From an uncultured Actinomycetes bacterium (GTDB lineage Bacteria > Actinomycetota > UBA4738 > HRBIN12): a stretch of DNA of 64,000 bases. The notes beneath the pieces are model-generated. The model was not told where the DNA came from and ran no database searches. It saw only the letters and a program-made list of their open reading frames with translations. Of this stretch, positions 1 through 7,910 are shown one piece after another. The position numbers were made by a program, and so were the translations under genes. Numbering within the stretch: position 1 is the stretch's first letter; each line of letters starts with the position of its first letter. The stretch covers positions 210,141 to 274,140 of the forward strand of contig CAVVVF010000004.1 of assembly GCA_963751665.1 (NCBI GenBank), written 5' to 3'.

Positions 1-21
1 GTATCGGGGGAGCCACCTCCT

Positions 22-50
22 TTGCCGCCCCCACCGGGGCCACCTATACT
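22..50 (+). promoter_or_regulatory. candidate sigma70-type promoter for tRNA-Trp/secE (TTGCCG - 17 bp - TATACT)
   Basis: -35-like TTGCCG at 22-27, 17-bp spacer, -10 TATACT at 45-50, about 40 nt upstream of the tRNA. By-eye motif match only. Confidence 0.4.
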
Positions 51-91
51 CGATCGTTGGTGTCCCCCGGCTTCCGGGACGAAAGACTCGG

Positions 92-165
92 AGGGGCGTA
101 GCTCAACCTGGTAGAGCACCGGTCTCCAAAACCGGCGGTTGGGGGTTCAAGTCCCTCCGCCCCTG
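92..165 (+). tRNA. tRNA-Trp (anticodon CCA)
   Basis: Cloverleaf readable by eye: acceptor AGGGGCG/CGCCCCT, anticodon arm CCGGT-CTCCAAA-ACCGG, T arm GGGGG-TTCAAGT-CCCTC. No encoded 3' CCA. Classic position just upstream of secE-nusG. Confidence 0.9.
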
Positions 166-187
166 CAAGGACCCTGCAAGGAGCACG

Positions 188-484
188 ATGAACAGGCAGA
201 TGAAGAGGATGCAGCGCCGTCAGGGCGGCACGAACATGGACCGCGCCGCCGCCGCGGCCACCACGCGGCGGGCCGCCGTCCAGGAGAAGCGCAAGCGGAC
301 GGGGGTGCGGCAGTTCCTGCGGGAGGTCCGTCAGGAGCTGAAGCGGGTGAACTGGCCGACGCGCCAGGAGCTCGTGGCCTATACGGTCGTCGTCCTGGTG
401 TCGGTGACGGTGCTCACCTCCTTCGTCTTCGGCCTGGACTACGTGTTCTCCAAGCTCGTCCTGCGGGTGTTCTCGAACGGTTAG
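188..484 (+). CDS. secE: preprotein translocase subunit SecE
   Basis: 98-aa ORF with a basic N-terminus and one C-terminal TM helix (LVAYTVVVLVSVTVLTSFVFGL). Canonical position between tRNA-Trp and nusG. Confidence 0.85.
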   Translation: MNRQMKRMQRRQGGTNMDRAAAAATTRRAAVQEKRKRTGVRQFLREVRQELKRVNWPTRQELVAYTVVVLVSVTVLTSFVFGLDYVFSKLVLRVFSNG

Positions 485-504
485 GAAGACCACCTCCGAC
501 CACG

Positions 505-1572
505 ATGAACGGAACCCAAGAAGAGATGTCGTCATCCGAATTCGCCCCTGGAGAACCACAGCCCGGCGAGCCTGAGGACTCCGGTTCGCAGGCCGACGAG
601 GTTTCCCCGGACGCCGCGTCCGACGAGGCGGCTCCTCAAGAGCCCGACTCCCAGGAGGAGGAGGTCCCCAGTCCGGCCGAGGAGGCGTTCGAGGCACGGG
701 TCGAGGAAGCGGCCGCGGAGGCCGACCTGATCGACGCCGCCACCGAATCGGCCTGGAGGAGACGGTGGCGGAGGCCGCGCAGACGGCGGAGACCGAGGGG
801 GAGTTCCAGGAGACCGTGGCCGAGGTGGCTCGGGAGGCCGAGCTGATCGAGGCGGCGAACGAGCAGGTCTTCGAGGAGCGCGTCGTGGAGGCCGCGGAGG
901 TCGCCGCGCGAGACCACGGCGGAGGAGGAGGTCCTGGCCGAGGCCGAAGCCATCGCCCAGAAGGCCGCCCGGGCTCCGGCGGAGACGCCCTCGGAGGACG
1001 AGCAGGTCGTCGAGACCACCATTCCGGACCCGTTCAAGGGACCCGGCGAGTGGTACGTCGTCCACACCTACGCGGGCTACGAGAACAAGGTGAAGGCCAA
1101 CCTCGAGTCGCGCATCCACACCATGCAGATGGAGAACAAGATCTTCGACGTCGTCATCCCCATGGAGGACGTCATGGAGATCAAGGGCGGCAAGAAGCAG
1201 ATCGTCCAGCGGAAGGTGTTCCCGGGCTACCTGCTCGTGAAGATGGTCTACGACAACGACTCGTGGTACGTGGTCCGCAACACCCCGGGCGTCACGGGGT
1301 TCGTCGCGGCCGGCACGGGGTCCAAGCCGACGCCGCTGTCGCGCCGGGAGGTCGAGAAGATCCTGGCCGTGAAGAAGCAGGAGGTGAAGCCCACCTTCCG
1401 CCTGGGGTTCGAGGAGGGCGACGTGGTGCGGATCATCTCCGGACCGTTCGCGGACTTCAACGGCACGATCAGCGAGATCAACGTGGACCAGAGCAAGCTG
1501 AAGGTCCTGGTGAACATCTTCGACCGCGAGACGCCGGTCGAGCTCGGCTTCGACCAGGTCGCGAAGGTCTAG
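505..1572 (+). CDS. nusG: transcription termination/antitermination factor NusG with acidic N-terminal extension; two compensating 1-nt indels
   Basis: The conserved core reads GEWYVVHTYAGYENKVKANLESRI ... GDVVRIISGPFADFNGTISEI (KOW). The Glu/Ala-rich extension starts at ATG 505. The reading frame goes from frame 1 to frame 3 near 750 and back to frame 1 at 909. Confidence 0.85.
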
Positions 1573-1585
1573 CCTCGGCGTCCGA

Positions 1586-2857
1586 TCACGACCAGAGGCA
1601 GGAGATCGGAAGCGCCTTCAAACGGTCGCCAAACGGCAAGGACAGTGGGCCCGTATAAAGGACGCTGCCGAGTCGGAAGCGCGAGCCATTCTTGTCCCGG
1701 AGATAGCTGAGACTCCTGAAGTCGGACGAAGTAACGGTCGCTCTTGCTTTGACTTCCAGTCCAATAAGGTCGCCGTCTGCCCGCTCGAGAACGACATCGA
1801 CCTCTCGCTGGTCGTGATCTCGATAATGGAAGACGCGTACCGTCGCGTCTGTCCAGCTAGCAAGTTTGACGAGCTCCATCACGACGAAGGTCTCGAATAC
1901 CATTCCGGTTAGCCGAGGATCATTCGCGATCCGCTGGGAATCTGCCCCGACCAGGGCCGTCAACATCCCAGTGTCCGTCACGTAGATCTTTGGAGTCTTG
2001 ACTTCTCTGCGTGAGAGATTGCTATGCCATGGTTGATGAAGGCGGACCAGCATCAGGTCCTGCAGGATGCCAAGGTAATGTTCGATGGTCTTTCGTTCAA
2101 CGCCAAGCTCCTGTGCTAATCCCTCGCGACTCAGCAGAGATGCGGATCGGGCGGCAAGGAGTCGCAGCAGCCGGCCAACGTTGCCTGCGTCTCGGGTGCG
2201 GGCGATCTCCGGTACGTCGCGACCGACAACCGAGTCGACGTATGCCTCGAAGGAGCTGGCGCGGGCTCTTGGTGACCGGGTGAAGACTCCGGGGAAACCG
2301 CCTGCAGCGATCCTCTTCGCGACGTCCAGCCTATCTGTCGCCCTGGTGTCGGAAGGCCACGACCCGTCGAAGAGCGTGTCAACGAGGTTTCGATCACCTT
2401 GCTCGATCTCGCACTGTGCCAGAGGCCACAGATGAACATAGTCGACGCGTCCAGGGAGAGCATCCCTGATGGTCGGAAGGGTCTGGATGTTGGCCGATCC
2501 GGTGAGCAGGAACTGTCCGGGTCGCTGATCTCGATCCAGGCGTTCTTTCAGCGAGAGTAGGAGGTCCGGTACCCTCTGGACCTCGTCGATGATGCTGTAG
2601 CGACCCATCTGGGCTATGAATCCCGTGGGGTCGCTCCGAGCCGCGTTTCTGGTGGCTGTGTCGTCGAGGGTGAAGTAGGTCGCCGGAGAGCGAGTGTGCA
2701 CGAGATCGCGGACGAGCGTGGTCTTGCCAGCCTGGCGAGGTCCGAGGACGGCGACCGCCCGAGATTCGGAGAGTGCTTCACGGACCCTCGGCCCGATCGC
2801 GCGGGGGATAAGCCGCCTACCGGTGGGGGAACCGCTGGCCTCTCCGGTCATGTGCAT
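1586..2857 (-). CDS. AAA-family ATPase of the AAA_14/DUF4143 type (function unknown)
   Basis: Intact 423-aa ORF with Walker A GPRQAGKTT, Walker-B-like IIDEVQ and a long C-terminal region typical of DUF4143 ATPases. Visibly lower GC than its flanks. Convergent with nusG (13-nt gap) and interrupts the usual nusG-rplK adjacency. Confidence 0.75.
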   Translation of the reverse strand: MHMTGEASGSPTGRRLIPRAIGPRVREALSESRAVAVLGPRQAGKTTLVRDLVHTRSPATYFTLDDTATRNAARSDPTGFIAQMGRYSIIDEVQRVPDLLLSLKERLDRDQRPGQFLLTGSANIQTLPTIRDALPGRVDYVHLWPLAQCEIEQGDRNLVDTLFDGSWPSDTRATDRLDVAKRIAAGGFPGVFTRSPRARASSFEAYVDSVVGRDVPEIARTRDAGNVGRLLRLLAARSASLLSREGLAQELGVERKTIEHYLGILQDLMLVRLHQPWHSNLSRREVKTPKIYVTDTGMLTALVGADSQRIANDPRLTGMVFETFVVMELVKLASWTDATVRVFHYRDHDQREVDVVLERADGDLIGLEVKARATVTSSDFRSLSYLRDKNGSRFRLGSVLYTGPLSLPFGDRLKALPISCLWS

Positions 2858-2867
2858 GATTGCCCGA

Positions 2868-2957
2868 CCTCGGAAATCTGGGACTTCGTCGCTCGGAAAT
2901 CTGGGACTTTAGGCCTCGGAAATCTGGGAGTCTATGCCTCGGAAATCTGGGAGTCAA
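2868..2957. repeat. four tandem direct repeats, period exactly 23 bp, core CTCGGAAATCTGGGA(C/G)T
   Basis: Copies start at 2868, 2891, 2914 and 2937. They lie in the intergenic region, immediately upstream of the ATPase start codon (minus strand, 2857) and upstream of rplK. Confidence 0.9.
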
Positions 2958-3096
2958 CCATGGGCTCTGCTGCCGAGCGTTGGCGCCTAAGACCCGGGTC
3001 GTTACTATCGATGGGCCCCGGAGCCCTCCGGGTGACGTCCATCGAGCGCGCGGGAGGCCGGAAGGCCGCTTGCACCGCAGGAGGTGAACGAAGGAA

Positions 3097-3525
3097 ATGG
3101 CGAAGAAGAGGGTCGTCGCCGTCGTCAAGCTCCAGATCAGGGCGGGGCAGGCCACCCCGGCGCCGCCCGTGGGCACCGCGCTGGGCCAGCACGGGGTGAA
3201 CATCATGGAGTTCTGCCGGCAATACAACGAGCAGACACAGCAGTTCGCCGGGCAGGTCATCCCGGTCGAGATGACGATCTACGAGGACCGCTCGTTCACG
3301 TTCGTCACCAAGCAGTCGCCGGCCGCCGAGCTGATCAAGCAGGCCGCCGGGATCGAGAAGGGCTCGGGTGAGCCGAACCGCGAGAAGGTGGCCTCGATCA
3401 CCCGGGAGCAGCTGCGGCGGATCGCCGAGCGCAAGATGGCCGACCTCAACGCGAACGACGTGGACGCCGCCATGAAGATCATCGCCGGCACGGCCCGCAG
3501 CATGGGCGTGGAGGTGGTCGCGTGA
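3097..3525 (+). CDS. rplK: 50S ribosomal protein L11
   Basis: Intact 142-aa [43 protein letters not shown]... is an unmistakable L11 N-terminus. Overlaps the rplA start. Confidence 0.95.
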   Translation: MAKKRVVAVVKLQIRAGQATPAPPVGTALGQHGVNIMEFCRQYNEQTQQFAGQVIPVEMTIYEDRSFTFVTKQSPAAELIKQAAGIEKGSGEPNREKVASITREQLRRIAERKMADLNANDVDAAMKIIAGTARSMGVEVVA

Positions 3526-4235
3526 GCGGCAAGCGGTACCGCGAGGCGGCCAAGCTGGTGGACCGGGAGCGGGAGTACCTGCCGGCCGAGGCCGTCCGGC
3601 TCATCAAGCAGTTCCCCGACGCGAAGTTCGACGAGACCGTGGAGCTCGCGCTCCGACTGGGGGTGGACCCCCGCAAGGCGGATCAGATGGTCCGCGGTAC
3701 GGTGACCCTCCCGCACGGGACGGGCAGGTCGGTGCGGGTCGCGGCCTTCGCCACCGGCCCCAAGGCCACCGAGGCCAAGGAGGCGGGGGCCGACATCGTG
3801 GGCGGCGAGGAGCTCGTCGAGGAGGTCATGAAGGGGAACATCGACTTCGATGCCACGGTCGCAACCCCGGACATGATGGCCACGGTGGGCAAGGCAGGCC
3901 GGGTCCTCGGGCCCCGGGGTCTCATGCCGAACCCGAAGACCGGGACGGTCACGAACGACATCGGCAAGGCCGTTCGCGACATCAAGGGCGGCAGGGTCGA
4001 GTACAAAGTGGACAAGACGGGGAACCTGCACACGATCGTCGGGAAGCGCTCGTTCTCCGAACAGCAGCTGCTGGAGAACTACCTGGCGGTCGTGGACGAG
4101 GTCCTCCGGGCCAAGCCCTCGGCGGCCAAGGGCAAGTACGTGATCAGCGCGACCGTCGCTCCGACCATGGGCCCGGGCATCCCCCTCGACACGAACCGGC
4201 TGAAGGACGCCGAAGCGGCGGCCGTGCCGGCGTAG
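3522..4235 (+). CDS. rplA: 50S ribosomal protein L1
   Basis: Intact 237-aa ORF with L1 sequence (...[29 protein letters not shown]...). GTG start overlaps the rplK stop. Confidence 0.95.
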   Translation: MSGKRYREAAKLVDREREYLPAEAVRLIKQFPDAKFDETVELALRLGVDPRKADQMVRGTVTLPHGTGRSVRVAAFATGPKATEAKEAGADIVGGEELVEEVMKGNIDFDATVATPDMMATVGKAGRVLGPRGLMPNPKTGTVTNDIGKAVRDIKGGRVEYKVDKTGNLHTIVGKRSFSEQQLLENYLAVVDEVLRAKPSAAKGKYVISATVAPTMGPGIPLDTNRLKDAEAAAVPA

Positions 4236-4241
4236 GCGGGC

Positions 4242-4493
4242 TCAGCCGGTGTGCCGGTGGCCGCCCATGTGATCGTCCAGACGCCCCGCGAGCGAATCCA
4301 ACCGTGCGTCGAGTCGGGCCGCGAGTGCGTCGATCCGCGAGCCAAGCTCCGCCCCCTGGGCCTCGATCTTCGAGCCGAGAGCGTCGATCTTCGTGCCGAG
4401 GTAGACGAAGAACGTGACGGAGATTGCCGCCAACACCGCCAGCGTCGCCCATGTGGCCGCCATGTCTCCGACCATAGCACCCAGGGGTGACAT
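4242..4493 (-). CDS. hypothetical small membrane-anchored coiled-coil protein
   Basis: 83-aa ORF with an N-terminal TM segment (WATLAVLAAISVTFFVYLG). This is followed by repeated IDALxxxI/L heptad-like units and a C-terminal HMGGHRH. GC3-rich codon usage fits the host. No family recognised. Confidence 0.4.
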   Translation of the reverse strand: MSPLGAMVGDMAATWATLAVLAAISVTFFVYLGTKIDALGSKIEAQGAELGSRIDALAARLDARLDSLAGRLDDHMGGHRHTG

Positions 4494-4616
4494 TCCGAGG
4501 CCGGTGTCGCCCGCTGGGGGCCTCGTGTGGCCGAGGCTTCTGCTGGGTGCTCCGCCTGTTCAAACTAGCAACCGCCGCCGACGGGGAAGCTCGGAGAGGG
4601 CGTCGATGCGGGCTCC

Positions 4617-4682
4617 GAGATCCGCCCCCTGCGCGGCGATGGCGCCTCGGAGATCCGCCCCCTGCGCGGCGATGGCGCCTCG
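4617..4682. repeat. perfect 33-bp tandem duplication (GAGATCCGCCCCCTGCGCGGCGATGGCGCCTCG x2)
   Basis: Copy 1 is 4617-4649 and copy 2 is 4650-4682, identical by direct reading. Intergenic, just upstream of conserved module A. Confidence 0.9.
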
Positions 4683-4700
4683 GGGCTCTGGGGCCGGGAA

Positions 4701-4800
4701 GATGGGCCGAAAGACCTAGGCCCCTCGCCATTGCCGAAATCCCCTGTCCAGCCGACCATGCGTAGGTCAAGGCGGTTACTGCTGCCAGGCCGAGTGGGCT
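4701..4800 (+). promoter_or_regulatory. conserved module copy A (palindrome/hairpin + -35/-10-like boxes + CGTAGGTCA + TACTGC box) upstream of pilB
   Basis: Aligns without gaps to 10505-10605 and 12436-12535. Boxes: GGGCCGAAAGACCTAGGCCC 4704-4723, TTGCCG 4731-4736, GACCAT 4754-4759, CGTAGGTCA 4761-4769, TACTGC 4777-4782. The pilB start lies about 90 nt downstream. Confidence 0.7.
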
Positions 4801-4887
4801 ACAGTGTGCATCCACTCGGGCCGACGGGCATAGCAGTGAGTCGCTGGTCCACAGGGGGATCGGACAACCGCAGGGGGATATCTTTCG

Positions 4888-6696
4888 ATGACAAGGGGAG
4901 CTAGCGAACGTTCGGGCCTGGCCGAACACGGTGAGGAGACCGACCAGGATTCAGGTGCGACCGGATCCGACATCTGGGCCCGCCCGGCGGAACCTGTGGA
5001 CGAGCAGCAGCTCAACGGCGAGCGGAAAGCGGGCAGGCTCGGCGATCTCCTCGTCGAACGGGAGCTGATCACCCAGAGCCAGCTGGGAGAGGCGCTCCTC
5101 CAGCAGCCCGCTTCGGGCAAGCCCCTTGGCTCGCTGCTGGTTGAGCTCGGCGCCCTCGACGAGCTCGCGCTCGCTCGCGTGCTCGCGGAGCAGCTCGGCG
5201 TGCCGCTGGCGGACCTGAGGAAAGACGCGCCCGACGATGCCGCCATCGCGATCCTGCCGGAATCCGTCGCCAGGGCGCACACGGCGATCCCGATCCGCAA
5301 AACAGACTCCGGGCTCGAGGTGGCGATGCCCGATCCGCTGGACCGGGCAGCGATCGCGGAGATCTCCGAAGCGGTGAAGACCAACGTCATCGGCTTCATC
5401 GCCCCAGCCTCGGATATCCGGCGGGCCATCGACAAGGCCTATCGAGCGATCACGGCGGTCGAACGGCACGTTGAAGCGTTCCTCGCAACCGAGGCCATCA
5501 CGAGTCGGGCCCTTCAGGAACAGGATGTCGCAGAGAACGCACCCGTCGTCAAGGTCGTGAACCTCATCATCACGCAGGCGGTGCGAGACCGGGCCTCGGA
5601 CATCCACATCGAACCGCAGGATTCGCGGGTTCGGGTTCGGTACCGGATCGACGGCGCGCTCCATGACGTGCTGGCCCTCCCGCCGAACATGGGGCCGGCC
5701 GTGGTCAGCCGGATCAAGGTCCTCGCGGAGATGAACATCGTCGAGCGTCGCCGTCCACAGGACGGGAAGATCGCCATGGAGGTGGACGGTCGCTCGATCG
5801 ACCTGCGCGTGGCGACGGCGGCAACGATCTGGGGCGAGAAGGCCGTGATGCGGCTGCTGGACAAGAGCCGCTCCCTCTTCCGCCTGGACGAGCTGGGGAT
5901 GGAGGAGGACATCCACGGGGCTTTCTCGCGCGCGATCCGAACCCCGTTCGGCATGGTGATCTGCGCCGGCCCGACCGGGAGCGGGAAGACCACCACCCTC
6001 TACGCCACCCTGGCAGAGATCAACATGAGCGAGCGCAACATCATGACGGTGGAGGACCCGGTCGAATACACGTTGCCCTCCATCAACCAGATCCAGATCC
6101 ACGACCAGTCCGGCATCACGTTCGCCGGCGGGCTGAAGGCCATCCTCCGTCAGGATCCCGACGTCATCCTCGTCGGCGAGATGCGGGACGTGGAGACGGC
6201 TCGCATCGGGGTCCAGTCCGCGCTCACGGGGCACCTCGTGCTGACGTCGCTGCACGCGACCGATACGGCAGGTGCCCTCCAGCGGTTCCTGGACATGGGC
6301 ATCGAGTCGTTCCTGGTCGCCTCGGCCGTCGTGGGGGTGCTCGCGCAGCGCCTGGTCCGCCGGATCTGCCCGTCCTGCAAGGTCCCGTACACGCCGTCGG
6401 TGGAGGAACGCCAGTTCTACGAGGACGCGGGCGGCCCCCTCAAGGCTGTCTTCTGGCATGGCGAAGGGTGCAACTTCTGTTTCCGGACCGGCTACGAGGA
6501 CCGGATCGGGGTCTACGAGCTGCTTCGCGTCACCGAGGAGATCAAGGAGTTGCTGCTTCGAAAGGCCCCCCACGACGAGCTTCGAGCGATGGCCGTCAGC
6601 CAGGGCATGCGGACGCTCCTCGATGCAGGGATCCGATTGGTTGCCGACGACGTCACCACCATCTCCGAGGTGGTGCGGAGCATCTACACCGTGTGA
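4888..6696 (+). CDS. pilB: type IV pilus assembly ATPase PilB (GspE-family secretion ATPase)
   Basis: Intact 602-aa ORF with a T2SSE_N-like N-domain (LGDLLVERELITQSQLGEAL...). Also Walker A GPTGSGKTTT and the tetracysteine motif CPSCK...GCNFC. Followed by pilC. The exact start is uncertain. Confidence 0.9.
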   Translation: MTRGASERSGLAEHGEETDQDSGATGSDIWARPAEPVDEQQLNGERKAGRLGDLLVERELITQSQLGEALLQQPASGKPLGSLLVELGALDELALARVLAEQLGVPLADLRKDAPDDAAIAILPESVARAHTAIPIRKTDSGLEVAMPDPLDRAAIAEISEAVKTNVIGFIAPASDIRRAIDKAYRAITAVERHVEAFLATEAITSRALQEQDVAENAPVVKVVNLIITQAVRDRASDIHIEPQDSRVRVRYRIDGALHDVLALPPNMGPAVVSRIKVLAEMNIVERRRPQDGKIAMEVDGRSIDLRVATAATIWGEKAVMRLLDKSRSLFRLDELGMEEDIHGAFSRAIRTPFGMVICAGPTGSGKTTTLYATLAEINMSERNIMTVEDPVEYTLPSINQIQIHDQSGITFAGGLKAILRQDPDVILVGEMRDVETARIGVQSALTGHLVLTSLHATDTAGALQRFLDMGIESFLVASAVVGVLAQRLVRRICPSCKVPYTPSVEERQFYEDAGGPLKAVFWHGEGCNFCFRTGYEDRIGVYELLRVTEEIKELLLRKAPHDELRAMAVSQGMRTLLDAGIRLVADDVTTISEVVRSIYTV

Positions 6697-6704
6697 GGTG
6701 ACGG

Positions 6705-7910
6705 ATGACCACGTTCAAGTACACGGCGGTGAAACCGGATGGCCAGCGGGTTCGCGGCAATACGCGGGCCGACACGATCAAGCTGGCCATGGCCGGCTTG
6801 ATGGACCAGTCCTTCGACGTCGTCGATCTGAAGGAGAGCAAGAGCGTCCTCCAGTTCGAGATCACGAAGAAGAAGCTGCCGCCTGCCGAGGTGATGCACT
6901 TCTCGCGGCAGCTCGGGGCGTTCGTCCGGGCCGGCGTCCCCCTGATCGAGGCCATCGAGGTGATCGAGGAGGAGGCGGAGAACAAGGTCCTGCGGCGGGT
7001 CCTGGCGGCCGTTCGCGAGGAGCTCCGCACGGGGGAGACCTTCTCCTCTGCGCTTGCACCGTTCCAGACCATGTTCCCGCAGTTCTACGTGGACATGCTT
7101 CGGGCAGCGGAGCTGACCGGGACCCTCGACAACGTGCTCGACGAGATCTCCCGCTACATCGAGCGCGATCTCGACGCCAGGCAGAAGATCAGGTCCGCGA
7201 TGGTCTACCCGCTCGTGGTACTGGTCATGGCGATCATCACCATCACCGTGCTTGCCGTATACGTCCTGCCCCGCTTCAAGGACTTCTTCGCGTCGCTCGG
7301 CGCCAAGCTTCCGCTCCCCACCCGCATGCTGATCGGACTGACGGACTTCCTGGGGAATTGGTGGTGGGCACTGTTGGGCGGGATCGTCCTGATCGTGGTG
7401 GGCTTCGCCCTCCTGTTCAGGGCGCACTGGGGCCGGAGGCTGCGGGATCGCACCCTCCTGAAGCTGTGGGTGGTCGGGGAGGTCGTCCGGTACACGATCG
7501 TGGAGCGCTTCTGCCGGCTGCTGGCGTCGATGATGGAGGCCGGCGTCCCCCTCCCCGAAGCCATGACGGTCCTCGGCCGGGGGACGAACAACGTGATCTT
7601 CCAGGAAGGCCTGGCCTCCGTCCGCGAGGCGATGGTCCGGGGCCAGGGGATCGCGGCGCCGATGGCGGCCTCGAAGCTGTTCCCGGGAGCGGTGATCCAG
7701 ATGGTGCGCGTGGGGGAGGACACCGGGTCGCTCGACCAGCAGCTGGAAGCCGCCGCCGCCTACTTCGACAAGGAGCTCGACTACAAGATCAAGAAGCTCA
7801 CCTCTCTCTTCGAGCCCGCGGTGATCCTGTTCATGGGGCTCATCGTGGGCTTCGTGGCGATCGCGCTCGTCTCTGCCATGTACGGCATCTACAACCAGGT
7901 GAATATCTAA
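6705..7910 (+). CDS. pilC: type IV pilus platform protein PilC (GspF family)
   Basis: Intact 401-aa ORF with two GspF-type repeats and three TM segments. Typical motifs are FSRQLGAFVRAGVPLIEAI and FCRLLASMMEAGVPLPEAM. Confidence 0.9.
   Translation: MTTFKYTAVKPDGQRVRGNTRADTIKLAMAGLMDQSFDVVDLKESKSVLQFEITKKKLPPAEVMHFSRQLGAFVRAGVPLIEAIEVIEEEAENKVLRRVLAAVREELRTGETFSSALAPFQTMFPQFYVDMLRAAELTGTLDNVLDEISRYIERDLDARQKIRSAMVYPLVVLVMAIITITVLAVYVLPRFKDFFASLGAKLPLPTRMLIGLTDFLGNWWWALLGGIVLIVVGFALLFRAHWGRRLRDRTLLKLWVVGEVVRYTIVERFCRLLASMMEAGVPLPEAMTVLGRGTNNVIFQEGLASVREAMVRGQGIAAPMAASKLFPGAVIQMVRVGEDTGSLDQQLEAAAAYFDKELDYKIKKLTSLFEPAVILFMGLIVGFVAIALVSAMYGIYNQVNI

Noticed and set aside
4494-4700. Small + strand ORFs (4414-4719, 4487-4765) spanning the 33-bp duplication
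   Set aside because: Their translations are low-complexity, they overlap the minus-strand coiled-coil gene and the conserved promoter module, and they have no RBS. The region is treated as non-coding.
6272-7909. The N-terminal 545 codons of the 1030-aa ORF 6272-9364
   Set aside because: This part overlaps pilB and pilC in another frame and translates to Arg/Pro/Gly-rich nonsense. Only the segment from ATG 7910 (prepilin motif) is credible.
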